A stretch of 64,000 bases of DNA, taken from the NCBI GenBank assembly GCA_963666315.2, contig CAXXHG010000008.1, positions 96,001 to 160,000 of the forward strand. The letters run 5' to 3'. This DNA comes from Candidatus Binatia bacterium (lineage in GTDB: Bacteria > Desulfobacterota > Binatia > Bin18). A model generated the notes under the pieces. The model was not told where the DNA came from. It saw nothing but the letters and a program-made list of their open reading frames with translations, and made no database searches. A program made the position numbers and the translations under genes. Below, in pieces: positions 9,866 to 20,736 of this stretch (positions within the stretch are counted from its first letter, which is position 1; each line of letters starts with the position of its first letter).

Positions 9866-10015
9866 GTGATTGGTCTGCGTGTCTCATCGGAAACTGCGCG
9901 TGAGCTAGCTGAGGCGGCAAGGAGGCGTACGGCATCGAGACCCTGGCCATTCCCGTCATGGCAGTGGCGATCGCACGGGGATTTTAGAGGGCTGGGGCTG
10001 AAGCCGAGAAACGGC

Positions 10016-10255
10016 TTAATTCGTAGAATGAGAGCGCCGGCCAACCAGTTCCAGAGCGCCGAAGATAGCACTCACGGTGTCGGTTTGTGGCGGCCGCTTG
10101 TTAATCGATCTCCGCACCACCCCAATGGCCAGGAGCGAGAAAGCATGCAAAATGAAAACGCTCAGCGTGGTGCTGAGGTTTGCTGACAGCGCGACAGCTA
10201 TAGTGAAAACATAGGCAAACAGCGCAACTGTCAGTGACCCGCTCATTTGCGTCAT
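10016..10255 (-). CDS. Small hypothetical membrane protein (79 aa)
   Basis: GGAGG RBS, two hydrophobic segments, hairpin AAGCCG-agaaa-CGGCTT at the stop codon. Confidence 0.5.
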   Translation of the reverse strand: MTQMSGSLTVALFAYVFTIAVALSANLSTTLSVFILHAFSLLAIGVVRRSINKRPPQTDTVSAIFGALELVGRRSHSTN

Positions 10256-10720
10256 TCGAACCTCCTCAGTATGCCCTTTCTCCTCAAAGACACTCTTTCT
10301 TGCTGGAATACACCCGCACTCGGCAAGCCCCATAAATCCTTTAGCCCTAAGGAAAAGAGGGGAATCTCAGTTTTTACGGAGTCTTGCTCGACATCGGTTC
10401 TAAACCGATGCCTGAATAAGATTGGGGTAGTCAAACATAGTGAGATGACTATGGTTAGCTTATGAAAAAAGAATCGACACGAACCGAGCGGGGGAGGCGA
10501 GGGTGGCGGAGGTGGCGAGCGGGGATAGAATGTGGGCTTCCGTTTGCCTGCCTCAAATTGTTCGCCCTCCTCTTGCAACCAAGCCATGCGGCCGAATGGG
10601 CGAGAACATCAGACTTGGTATTGACCCTTGATGCCTTAGGTTCTATGTGGGGGCAGGGTGAGGTTACGCTTGAAGCCGGCCAGTCTATCTCACGCGTAAT
10701 AGATTTTGGAGAATAGCCTG

Positions 10721-11032
10721 ATGAAAGTCATTGCCGACCTATGCGTCGTTCCTATAGGAGTTGGGACCTCAGTCGCTGAATATGTTGCTGCTTGCGTGCG
10801 GATCTTGGAAGAAGCCGGGTTGGAGATTCAACTGCATGCCTATGGGACCAATATAGAAGGCGAGTGGGATACGGTCTTTGCGGCGATCAAACGTTGCCAC
10901 GAAGCGCTGCACGCCCTGGGCGTGCCACGTATTTCGACTAATCTCCGCATCGGCACGCGAACAGATAGAGATCAAAGCATGCAGGATAAAATCACCAGCG
11001 TACAAAAGATTCTCGGGCAGACGAAAGCGTGA
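10721..11032 (+). CDS. MTH1187/DUF77 thiamine-binding family protein
   Basis: VIADLCVVPIGVGTSVAEYVA, LHAYGTNIEGEWD, RTDRDQSM.DKI.SV. Confidence 0.9.
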   Translation: MKVIADLCVVPIGVGTSVAEYVAACVRILEEAGLEIQLHAYGTNIEGEWDTVFAAIKRCHEALHALGVPRISTNLRIGTRTDRDQSMQDKITSVQKILGQTKA

Positions 11033-11300
11033 CCTGCACCGTTTGCTGCCGTTTTGTGATCGTTTAATCTCTCTCTTTTGAACTACCTTCCACTCTGCTT
11101 ACAGTTTCGCACAATCTTACACAATCTTGTCAGATGTCTTGAGATACCCCGTCTGAAAATGGTACATTTCTGCGTAGTCAAGTAGCCGTTCGTCTATATT
11201 GGCCAGAGGGTTGACCAGAGTTGGCCAGGGCAGACCTGTGGGGTGAATGCCAACACAACCACGGCCGGCTACCGGGCGGTAGGAAAAATCGGAGGGAATT

Positions 11301-11858
11301 ATGGCTGATCGGCAGGAAATCGCAACCTTAGGCGCAGGCTGTTTCTGGTGTATTGAGGCGGTCTATCTCGAGGTCGAAGGCGTCCTCGGCGTCGTGTCCG
11401 GCTACACCGGAGGAGCGGTGGATAATCCAACCTACGAAGCCGTTTGTTCAGGCACAACGGGGCACGCTGAGGTTGCGCATATTACGTTCGACCCTGATGT
11501 GATCTCCTATTCTGAAATACTCGAAATCTTCTGGCAAACCCACGATCCGACGACACTCAACCGTCAGGGCAACGATGTCGGCACGCAGTACCGGTCGGCC
11601 ATTTTCTACCATAACGAAGAACAACGCCGTATTGCTGAACAATCTCAACACGAGACCGACGCGTCTGAGCTGTGGTTCAATCCGATTGTGACGGAGATCG
11701 TTGCGCTGACGACCTTCTATCCTGCCGAAGGCCATCACCAAGAATTCTACCGTCAGAATCCCTACCAGGGGTATTGCATGATGGTCATCCATCCCAAGAT
11801 GCGGAAGTTTCGAAAAGCATTTCAGCATAAGCTCAAACAATCCGTCTCTGCTGCCTAA
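11301..11858 (+). CDS. msrA: Peptide-methionine (S)-S-oxide reductase
   Basis: GCFWC, GYTGG, GTTGHAE, HDPTTLNRQGNDVGTQYRSAIF. Confidence 0.97.
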   Translation: MADRQEIATLGAGCFWCIEAVYLEVEGVLGVVSGYTGGAVDNPTYEAVCSGTTGHAEVAHITFDPDVISYSEILEIFWQTHDPTTLNRQGNDVGTQYRSAIFYHNEEQRRIAEQSQHETDASELWFNPIVTEIVALTTFYPAEGHHQEFYRQNPYQGYCMMVIHPKMRKFRKAFQHKLKQSVSAA

Positions 11859-11901
11859 AGCACTGGTCGCGGGCACGGATGGGGAGAGGTGAGGAGACTG
11901 C

Positions 11902-12795
11902 ATGGCCGCCACCTTAGACTGGATGGGTTGTGCCACCTTTCGACTGACGCTGGGCGATATGGTTGTCATGCTGGACGCGTACATCGACCGGGTGCCGAGT
12001 GCTGCTCCAACCGGCATTAGGGTTGACGCCATCCGCACTGCCGACTGGATAGTGGTCGGCCATTCCCACTTCGACCATCTGTATGTGGCCGAGCGTATCG
12101 CTAGGGCGACCGGCGCGAAAATCATAGGTTCGTGCGAGTCGATTCGTATTATGGCCGCGCAAGGGGTGCCCGAAGAACAGCTTCTGCCGGTTGCCGGTGG
12201 AGAAAAGATCCGCTTGTCACCAGACATCAGCGTTGACGTCTATCCCAGCCAACACTCGTGTGTGTGGAGCACCGAACCCCTGCCGGAATCCGACGCGGTG
12301 TGCATAGGCGAACTCGGTGTGACCTACCAAGCGCAGCAAGAGAAAATGGAGGGGCTGTGGGATCAGCTCAAAGCCATGGGTGATGACGTGGTCTCTCACC
12401 TCCAAGCCTCTGCGCAGGGGGCGCGTGGTGATGGCGGGGTGCTGGTGTATCTTTTTGATACGCCTGAAGGCAGCCTGCTGTATCAGGATACGTCCGGTCA
12501 CTGGCAAGGCATTTTACAGGACATTCGGCCCGATGTGGCCATCCTCGCGGCAGCGGGCCGAGGAAATATCGATGGCGAGCCGATCCAGGGGGCGCTTGCA
12601 CAATTTGTTGCCCAGCAGGTCGGCCTGCTGCGTCCGCGCCGAGTCATTCTCGGTCATCACGATGATTGGCTGCCCGGCTTTTCACGCAAGATTGATACTG
12701 CACCCATTCGAGAGGAAATGGCCCGCCGGGCACCGCGTACTGAGCTGGTTGAGATGGGTTATATGGAAGCGTACCCGGTATTTGCCGTACGTTAA
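11902..12795 (+). CDS. Metallo-beta-lactamase-fold hydrolase (UlaG-like)
   Basis: GHSHFDH metal motif, SQHS, GHHDDW. Confidence 0.85.
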   Translation: MAATLDWMGCATFRLTLGDMVVMLDAYIDRVPSAAPTGIRVDAIRTADWIVVGHSHFDHLYVAERIARATGAKIIGSCESIRIMAAQGVPEEQLLPVAGGEKIRLSPDISVDVYPSQHSCVWSTEPLPESDAVCIGELGVTYQAQQEKMEGLWDQLKAMGDDVVSHLQASAQGARGDGGVLVYLFDTPEGSLLYQDTSGHWQGILQDIRPDVAILAAAGRGNIDGEPIQGALAQFVAQQVGLLRPRRVILGHHDDWLPGFSRKIDTAPIREEMARRAPRTELVEMGYMEAYPVFAVR

Positions 12796-12896
12796 CTTCC
12801 TTTGTGGCCCAGCAGTGATTAGTGCAAGCGATGCTAAATCACTCCCTGAAATGACAATTACGGCAAAGAGGACAACCCGTCCCCCAGGAGGAAAGC

Positions 12897-14054
12897 GTGT
12901 TTCTCGACCTGACGCCTGACCAAGAGCGCATTATCAATCTTGCCAAGGAACTTGCCTCTGAATTTGCCGAACGGGCCGAACAGCACGACCGCGAAGGCAG
13001 CTTTCCTTTTGAGAACATCGCCCGCTTGAAAGAGAGCGGCTACACCACGGTGACCACGCCGCGGGAATATGGCGGTTGGGAAGCAAGCCCGCTGACCTTC
13101 ATTCTTGCCCAAGAACAGCTCGTTCAAGGCTGTGCGGCCACAGCCTTTGCCATCAATATGCATTGCAATACGGTTGGCTTTTATACTCCGTTCATGACTC
13201 CGGCTCAGAAGGATCTGTATCTTGGCAATGTGGGCCGTAAAGCGATGCTCATGAATGGCTATTATACCGAGGGGGGTGGGGCGCGCTCGATCATGGCGCC
13301 GTCTTCAACCGCGCGTAAAGTGTCTGACGGCTACATCCTCAACGGCCAGAAGGTCTTTGCCACCTTGGTGCCTGCGGTCGACTATTTTGGCATTAGTGTG
13401 TCGCTCGAAGGCTATACCGGACCGGCCTCAGGTGGGTGTGTGTTTCTGCTGCCACGCGACGCGCCAGGTCTCGAGGTCATTGAGAATTGGGATGCCATGG
13501 GGATGCGGGCCACAGGCAGCCACGCCATTAGTATGCACGACGTCTTCGCCACTCCGGACCAACGCATTGGCGAAGAAGGCCATTTCTTTGAAGAGTTTGC
13601 CCAAGTCGCGCACTGGTATTGTCTGTCATTTTCGGCCTGCTACCTGGGCATAGGCCAGGCCATGTACTCCCACGTCCTGGAATACGCCCGTACGCGCAAA
13701 GTACAAAAGACTGACCAGCGGGTGGGCGATCTCGCCTGGAATCGCTTTGCCATAGGCGAGATGTATAACCGCTTAGAAGCGTGCCGGACGCTGCTCTACA
13801 CAACCGCCCGAGAAATATCCCAACACCGTCCGTACGGAGAGCGTCAGGTGCCGACGGTCGAAATGCTACGCACCTATGTGGCTGAGGAGATGTTGGCCGT
13901 CGGCAATTTGGCGACACGCATTGCCGGTGGGCTTGGCTATCTGAAGAGCAATTTTTTGGAGCGCGCTTTCCGTGACCTGCGCTCGGCACCGCTGCACTCG
14001 CTCAAACGCGACGAGGTGCTGGACATGTTAGCGGCTATGGAGCTGGGGTTTTAG
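12897..14054 (+). CDS. Acyl-CoA dehydrogenase family flavoprotein
   Basis: HDREGSFPFEN, LNGQKVFAT, WDAMGMRATGSH, LERAFRD. Confidence 0.9.
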   Translation: MFLDLTPDQERIINLAKELASEFAERAEQHDREGSFPFENIARLKESGYTTVTTPREYGGWEASPLTFILAQEQLVQGCAATAFAINMHCNTVGFYTPFMTPAQKDLYLGNVGRKAMLMNGYYTEGGGARSIMAPSSTARKVSDGYILNGQKVFATLVPAVDYFGISVSLEGYTGPASGGCVFLLPRDAPGLEVIENWDAMGMRATGSHAISMHDVFATPDQRIGEEGHFFEEFAQVAHWYCLSFSACYLGIGQAMYSHVLEYARTRKVQKTDQRVGDLAWNRFAIGEMYNRLEACRTLLYTTAREISQHRPYGERQVPTVEMLRTYVAEEMLAVGNLATRIAGGLGYLKSNFLERAFRDLRSAPLHSLKRDEVLDMLAAMELGF

Positions 14055-15081
14055 ACGCTGGCACGAGCTCGCCCTGCTCGTTGTACATCCTATCGCCTAA
14101 AGCGAAACTCGCTTCCAGGAATTTCTTCATATACGCCCCGCAGGTAATGGGCGGTTTTTTTGGAGGATTATCCGGGCCACAACAGGTTGGTAAGCAGTCA
14201 ATGAGTGTTTCCGGCGTAGGCTGAAAGAAAAACGACGTAGAATAGCGGTGAGTTCCGGATACATTGCGTACGCGATGCGGAGTTGAGAGAAAGCGTCCGT
14301 TTGACCAGCGCGTGAGCAGGTCTCCCGAGTTGACGACAAAGGCATCTGGGATCAACGGTGCTGTGATCCAGCGGCCAGTTTGCGACAGGATTTCTAAGCC
14401 AGGCTGGTCCGACGTCGCGAGTAAGGTAGCAAACGAGCCATCGCTATGCGGACAGATATTAAACTCATTGTCTTCAAGCGCGTCGGGCGGCATATGGGAA
14501 ATGCGCAGCACGTTTAAGGCGCGGTCCGTAGGGAATTTATCCAGAAAAAAGTCTGGTGCTAAATTGAGCGCGCGCGCATACAAAGGCAGCATGCGCTGAC
14601 TCAAGGCCATTGCTGCTTCAAAGTACTCCTGTATGGTAGGCTGAAATTCCGGTTCTCCTGCAGGCCATTGATTGCGATTCTGAGCAGGGCAGTCGCCCCA
14701 GTCGCGTTGCAGCAGAAAGGCTTCACTCACATCGGGCTTTTTTTGACCAGTATAATAGCGCGAGTGTTTGCCGAACTCGCCACGATTCGGAATATAGCCG
14801 AGACCGGAATGATTGATCTTGAGCGCCATTTTCTCTTCAAGCGGGAGTTCATAGAAGTCGGCGCTGGCTGCCATCACACGGTCACCCAGGGAGGCTGGCA
14901 CACCATGGTTGATAATAAAGAAGAAACCAATCTGTTCCAGGGCATAACGCATCTCCCCGGCGGCCTTTTCGGATGCACTGGACTCGCCGTTCAAATATGA
15001 ACCGAGATCAATAATTGGAATCTCTTCGCCGGCAACCGCATATGCTGCCTTCAGCTCGTGTTTGTCTTGTGTTGCCTGCAT
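14035..15081 (-). CDS. 2-oxoglutarate/Fe(II) dioxygenase, isopenicillin N synthase family
   Basis: IPIIDL, GFFFIINHGV, HSD, VNSGDLLTRWSNGRFLSTPHRV, RYS. Confidence 0.9.
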   Translation of the reverse strand: MQATQDKHELKAAYAVAGEEIPIIDLGSYLNGESSASEKAAGEMRYALEQIGFFFIINHGVPASLGDRVMAASADFYELPLEEKMALKINHSGLGYIPNRGEFGKHSRYYTGQKKPDVSEAFLLQRDWGDCPAQNRNQWPAGEPEFQPTIQEYFEAAMALSQRMLPLYARALNLAPDFFLDKFPTDRALNVLRISHMPPDALEDNEFNICPHSDGSFATLLATSDQPGLEILSQTGRWITAPLIPDAFVVNSGDLLTRWSNGRFLSTPHRVRNVSGTHRYSTSFFFQPTPETLIDCLPTCCGPDNPPKKPPITCGAYMKKFLEASFALGDRMYNEQGELVPASKTPAP

Positions 15082-15116
15082 GATCCCCTTCCTTAGACTG
15101 TCTAAACGACTGCTCT

Positions 15117-17355
15117 TCACTTCACAAACGGGGCTGGATTCAGAAACCGCTTGAGCACATTACTAGTGATGCGCGCAACATTATTGTCGTAGTTATTGTG
15201 TGACAAACTACCCGCCCAGGCAATCGAGCTGGACGACCAGACGGCCCCGCCATGCGGCGTTTCATAGAACACCATATCCGCCCGGACGAGTTCGTTCTCC
15301 GTTCCGCCCAAGCCTGGCACTGTCGCTAGCAATTCCTCACATACAACCAAGTACACGTCGGTGTGTCCGCCTTGCGAGGTTGCCAGAACAAGTGCGTGTG
15401 GAGGCGTGCCCAGCTTCTCATCGGCTCGGTCTATCTCCAGACCGGCTGCCCCTCCACCAATCAGGCCAAAATCACCGATAACTTCATCTTTGCCGAGCCC
15501 TTTGAAAATAAAGGCTGCGCGCGGATCAAGGCTATCCGGTAAGCGGTGATACGGTGCCGAGATATCAAAGCCCTGAGCACTAAATCCCGTCCCCAGTATC
15601 ATTTGTGGCGGGCGTCCTTGGCGTCGCCACAGCCCGCCGTATTCGCCGCTGAAACTATGATAATACTCGCCCGGCTCAGCGGCCCAAGTCCGAATGCCAC
15701 CTTCATTACGACGGACTTCCATGAGCCCGGGGCAATCGGGATGAAAGGCAATGCGCCAATACCAACCGTTGGCACCCATATACATGAGTCGCCCGCCTTG
15801 GTTCTGGTAGGCCTGCATGGCATCCCACATCTGGAGCGAGTGGTATTCGGGGTGGGTGCTGGTCAGAATCACGTGATAGGGCTTGAGTAGTTCGAGCCCC
15901 TCATAATGCAGGTCTTCATCTGTAATGACATCAAAGTCATAACCCATGGCCTCAAGCCAGTCCGTGATATGAGTGTCGGCGTTGAACTGCCATAAAGACG
16001 ACCCCTCTGCTCCAAGCGCGTGAATATGTTTGGGCCGCATATTGAGAATGGGTCGTAGGCGGGATGAGTAACAGACACCCGAGCCGTCGGAATGTGAGTC
16101 ATAGCATGAGGCCCCATACTCGCGGTGTTCGTTGAGAAACAGACTGTTCTTATCAAGCGGAGCCAATCGGCCACTGACGAGTTCAACCAGTCCCGCGTTG
16201 GTGGCCAGGTGATCGTTGGCATAGGCCATATAACTGGCAGTAGGCAGCAGAAAGGCGATCTTTTTTTCCTTGCCTTTGGCCGGTTTGACAGCAAACGGAA
16301 TATGGTCCTCTTCTTGGCCGGAACGCAATCGCGCGGCGTATAAACCACTTTTCAGATTGGCGGGGACAGTGAGCGAAAAGTCCACCTCCCAGCCTGCATC
16401 GTATATGTCGTCGTTATGGAAATGAATCGCGCCGTATTGTTCCGGGGTGTGTTTCCAGTCCATGACCTCGCCGGTCCAGTTATAGCCCTTCATGCCCCGG
16501 GCTGGCATATTGACCGTCTCTCCCTGTAGCCGATTCGGCGAGGTATCCGAGACCATGGTGGCGCTGATATCTCGTGAGAAATCCCATACGCCAAGGACGA
16601 CGTCGTGTAGTCCAGCTGGGATAACGCCACTCTTCAGCATTTCCATCTCAGCCCGACTTAATGCTGCGTTGGCCAGTCGAGGGCTATCAATTTTACCGTT
16701 GAATGTATGGTCGAGTTTGCCTTTGCCCGAACCCGTGCGGACCGCGGCAAACATCAGTGGCGCGTGGTTGTTTCCTATTCGCTTGAGGCCTGCCTTTTTC
16801 CGAACCGTGGCCCTATCGGAAACGAGGGGATAATCAACCAAAGGTTCTTGGTAGAGCGTGACGCGCTGTGTTGCTGCATCATAGCTCGCCGCTACGAAAT
16901 ACCACTGCCGACCGAGGAGTTTTTTTTCGTGCCGAAAACCTCGACATTGCCCTTGCCGTCACCCAGCTGCAGGCTAGGTTGCCGTCCTGAATAATCACGG
17001 CAAAACCTGATTTATTCCGATCGCGCCACTTTGAGGCAATGACCTGAGTGCCGGTGTCCGGCGTGGTCGGCCACAGCATGACCTGAAAGGTGAAACTGTT
17101 GAGTTGTCCAAGAAGGGGACGGTCTGGAATGGTCACATACGAGCCGGCTTCGATAGTTTGTTTACGGCCTGGGTATGACGTATTGGCCGCTGTCTGAACG
17201 ACCTGCTCTTTCACGCCCGGACCGGCAGGATTCAGGTCGCCACAAATGAGTCGGACGATTTCGACCTTGTAGCGCGGCAGCTCGCAGTTGACCATGAATT
17301 GAATAGTTTCACCCGGACGGACGCTGATTTTGTCGGAATAGCCGGTAATTTTCAT
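15117..17355 (-). CDS. dmfA2: N,N-dimethylformamidase large subunit (two -1 homopolymer frameshifts near 16972 and 16920-16927)
   Basis: MKITGYSDK.SV.PGETIQFMV start; AYAN, SCYDSHSDG, HPEY and GLEIDR match the DMFase Tyr/Tyr/Glu iron-site motifs; adding one C and one A restores the frame. Confidence 0.88.
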
Positions 17356-17416
17356 TTTTTCAGATCTCTGTCGAGGCGGAGCCACAACGCTCCTCCCTAC
17401 GCTTGGTTTGATTGGA

Positions 17417-17725
17417 TTAGTGCAGGCTGTCGCCCGTATGTTTCTTCCAACGCCGCCGAAAAATTTCACGCTCGGCATCTTCGACATTGGTGAACACGTG
17501 GTTCTTAAAAATCTTGACCGGCTTGCCGCGCTCGCCGCTCAGCTGCCCCAGCGTCCATTCTTTATGCGGCTTGGTGCAGATCAGGACATATTTGTCCTGG
17601 GTTGGTTCCCCGCGAAAGACGTTGAGCACGCGCTGCAAGGCGGGGCTATGGTGGCCGATGGGTTTGGCATTGAATTCTTCGACCAGGTGTTGATCCTGCG
17701 TGCCGACCTTATAGACGGTATGCAT
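17417..17725 (-). CDS. dmfA1: N,N-dimethylformamidase small subunit-like protein
   Basis: EF..KPIGHHSPALQRVLN.FR..P..KYVL..P.KEW..RG.P..F..AE..IF.RRW; immediately upstream of the large subunit; GGAGG RBS. Confidence 0.8.
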   Translation of the reverse strand: MHTVYKVGTQDQHLVEEFNAKPIGHHSPALQRVLNVFRGEPTQDKYVLICTKPHKEWTLGQLSGERGKPVKIFKNHVFTNVEDAEREIFRRRWKKHTGDSLH

Positions 17726-17899
17726 AGCCGCCCTCCAGATTTCAAAATTTAAAAGACGGTCGGGACAGTATCATACGGGCTCATCGGAAGTCGAGAGAAA
17801 ACGCGCACCAGAAGACAGCTAGGCCGAATCCTGCCTAGACCCTGCCCTCTCCTTTTGAAAAGATATGGCTACACAGGAGGACAGGAGGAGCGACACACT

Positions 17900-20260
17900 A
17901 TGCCAGCCGTTCACGTTGACCCGTCTATTTCTAAGGTCCGTATTGAAACGGACGCCAAGGATAAGACCACGGTGTGTGTGCTGTGTAGCCACAACTGTGG
18001 GCTCATTGTGGATCTCGTGGACGGGCATATCGAGAATATCCGGGCTGATGCGAGCAGTCCGCTGTCGCACGGCTATATTTGCAATAAAGGCTTTAGCGTT
18101 GATCATTACGTCAATCATGCCCAGCGCCTGAGCCATCCGCTCAAACGCAAACCCGACGGAGGATTTGAGAGGATCAGTTGGGATCAGGCCATCTCAGAAA
18201 TCGCCTCTCGGCTGAAGGCGATCACGGCCGAATATTCTCCGCGTGCTTTTGGACTGGTGGGCATAGGTGGGCAGGCGAACCATCTTGACGCACCGTACGG
18301 CGTAACGTTTTTGTCACTGATGAAATCACGTCGCTTCTTTAATACCCTAGCCCAAGAGAAGACCCAGCATTGGCTGGTTGAAAAATGGATGCTGGATAGC
18401 TCATCCGGCACCATGCTGCATCCCGACCATGACCGGGCGGACTTTCTCTTAGTCATGGGCACGAACCCGCATATTAGCAACCGTGGCCACAACCCGACCG
18501 ACACGCTTAAAGGCTTGGCACGAGATGAAAATCGAAAAATGGTTGTGGTTGACCCGCGCATTACGGAAACAACCCGTCAAGCCGACCGCCATCTGCGCGT
18601 CCGGCCCGGAACCGACGTCTATCTAATGTTGGCGATGCTCAAGGTCATCGTTGAACAAGACTTGATAGATCAGGAGTTTATTACGAACAAATCTGTGGGC
18701 TACGAAGAACTCAAAGCGCAACTGGCCGACGTTGATATCGATGAGATGGCCCAGCGCTGCGGACTCGAAGTTGCAGATGTTGTTGCCACTGCTGAGGAGT
18801 ATGCCCAGGCCAAGACTGCCGCGCTGCTGTGTGACCTCGGCGTTGAGATGACGCTGTTCTCAACGCTGAATTCCTACCTCATTCACCTCCTGATCACGTT
18901 GACGGGTAACCTGGGTCGTCGGGGTGGAAATGTATTCACCTCAAGCCTCAATCCGCCCACGCCGGATTCCCGTCGCCACGTGGAGCCTGAACGTACTTTA
19001 GCGTCGGGCATAGCGGCGATTGCCGCCTTTACTCGGCTAGGCATCTTCTCGCCGGTGTTGGTGCCTGAAGAGATCATGCTCGATCACCCGGAACGGCTGC
19101 GGGCGTTGATTGTTGAAGGCTCGAACCCACTCTTGTCCTTCCCCGATACAAGGCTCTGGCTTGAAGCGCGTGAGCAGCTTGACCTGTTGGTGGTTATTGA
19201 ACCGACCATGACCGAGACGGCGCTGGTCGCCGACTATATTCTGCCCACGCCGACGGGCTACGAAAAATGGGAAATGGCCAGCTTTCCGCGTGGTTTTCCT
19301 ATTGTACAAACCCAGCTCCGGCCGCCCATTTTGCCCGCACCAGGAGAAGCGCTGCCGGAAGGAGAGATATACAACCGCCTGGCTGAAGCCATAGACTTAG
19401 TCCCGGAACCGCCGCCGGAACTATACGCCTTGGCCAAAAACGCGCATGAACCTGTGGGTGCAGCTACTTATCTCCAGACGTTACAGACCTCGGCGAAAGC
19501 GGCCAAATTCTCGGCGCCGCTGTATTGGGCCTATCGAACCCTTGGCCCCCAGCTCGACTCGCCGGTTTTATCCAGCGTATGGTTTCAGGCCATGATGAAC
19601 GGTGCCGTGCGTAGAGACGCTGTGGCCCGCGTCCTGGGGCCGGAGTGGCAAGACAAAAACGCCTTTGAGGTCGGCCTTGAGTTATACCGGCGTCTCCTGG
19701 CTCACCCTGAGGGCATCGGCGTTGCCGAGCTGGATGAAGCGGCGAATCTGGATGAGCGTATAGGCTTTGAGGACGGCAAAGTTCGTCTCCTGCCGCAAGA
19801 AATAGTGTCTGAGATTCAGCGGGCTGTGAGAACAAAGCCGGCTGAAGATCCGGACTATCCGTTTGTACTAGCATCTGGACTGCGCACCTGCTGGACGGCG
19901 AATACGATTCAACGTGATCCTAGCTGGCGCAAAGGACGCGGACCCCACTGCGCACTCAATCTCTCGCCCGGAGATGCCGAACGTGTGGGTGTGTCTGATG
20001 GGGAAACAGTGCGTCTCAGGACGAAGCGTGGACAGGTCGAGCTCCCTGCCGTTGTGGATAAGAGACTCTTGGATGGGCATGTCTGGATGCCGAATGGCTT
20101 TGGCATGCTATACCCGACCGAAAGCGGCGCTGGCCCTGAAGCCGCCAACCTGAACGGCGTCAATATGAACGCGTATACTGACACCGCGGATCGCGACCCG
20201 TTTACGGGCTGTCCGTATCACCGCTTTGTACCGTGTCAGCTAGAACGTGTGGAGGCATAG
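17900..20260 (+). CDS. Molybdopterin (bis-MGD) dependent oxidoreductase, DMSO reductase superfamily, no Tat signal
   Basis: CVLCSHNCG...GYICNKG [4Fe-4S] motif, GTNP, VVVDPR.TET, ADYILP, C-terminal molybdopterin dinucleotide-binding domain. Confidence 0.9.
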   Translation: MPAVHVDPSISKVRIETDAKDKTTVCVLCSHNCGLIVDLVDGHIENIRADASSPLSHGYICNKGFSVDHYVNHAQRLSHPLKRKPDGGFERISWDQAISEIASRLKAITAEYSPRAFGLVGIGGQANHLDAPYGVTFLSLMKSRRFFNTLAQEKTQHWLVEKWMLDSSSGTMLHPDHDRADFLLVMGTNPHISNRGHNPTDTLKGLARDENRKMVVVDPRITETTRQADRHLRVRPGTDVYLMLAMLKVIVEQDLIDQEFITNKSVGYEELKAQLADVDIDEMAQRCGLEVADVVATAEEYAQAKTAALLCDLGVEMTLFSTLNSYLIHLLITLTGNLGRRGGNVFTSSLNPPTPDSRRHVEPERTLASGIAAIAAFTRLGIFSPVLVPEEIMLDHPERLRALIVEGSNPLLSFPDTRLWLEAREQLDLLVVIEPTMTETALVADYILPTPTGYEKWEMASFPRGFPIVQTQLRPPILPAPGEALPEGEIYNRLAEAIDLVPEPPPELYALAKNAHEPVGAATYLQTLQTSAKAAKFSAPLYWAYRTLGPQLDSPVLSSVWFQAMMNGAVRRDAVARVLGPEWQDKNAFEVGLELYRRLLAHPEGIGVAELDEAANLDERIGFEDGKVRLLPQEIVSEIQRAVRTKPAEDPDYPFVLASGLRTCWTANTIQRDPSWRKGRGPHCALNLSPGDAERVGVSDGETVRLRTKRGQVELPAVVDKRLLDGHVWMPNGFGMLYPTESGAGPEAANLNGVNMNAYTDTADRDPFTGCPYHRFVPCQLERVEA

Positions 20261-20335
20261 AGTAGTTCGTCTAATCCAGGTTCTGATTCTGGTTCTGATC
20301 GAGGCTTTGATCTTGGCAAAACATGGGAGGTTGTT

Positions 20336-20716
20336 ATGGCTACACAAACTGAGACTCGGCCGCCGGTCGCCATTGGTCACATCACGCTGCGGGTGACCGC
20401 TGTCGCGCAAGCGACCGAGCATTTTGTGGCGTTGGGGCTACGCCTCATTCATCAATCGGAGACCTTTACCGTGCTGGAGCTGCGCGGGGGAACCCATTTG
20501 GTATTGCGTCTAAGCGACGAATCCATCCCGGCACAGAAAGCACCCTTTGATCTGATGGTCGATGATGTCGTAGCTACGCGACAGGCCTATATAGATCAGG
20601 GCCTGCAGCCGTCAGAAATCGAATCAGGCACCATCCACCGTTGGTTTACGCTGGTCGGGCCGGACGCCTACAAGTTCACAATCACTTCATCGCATGCAGG
20701 AAAACGGGCTGTGTGA
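20336..20716 (+). CDS. VOC/glyoxalase family protein
   Basis: IGHITLRV, LELRGGTHLVL, FDLMVDD, GPD. Confidence 0.85.
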   Translation: MATQTETRPPVAIGHITLRVTAVAQATEHFVALGLRLIHQSETFTVLELRGGTHLVLRLSDESIPAQKAPFDLMVDDVVATRQAYIDQGLQPSEIESGTIHRWFTLVGPDAYKFTITSSHAGKRAV

Positions 20717-20736
20717 GCCAACAAACTAGGGTCGTT

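Noticed and set aside
10252-10716. Overlapping ORFs with Pro-rich or Arg-rich sequence
   Set aside because: They derive from a G-rich intergenic tract and have no recognisable motifs; likely non-coding.
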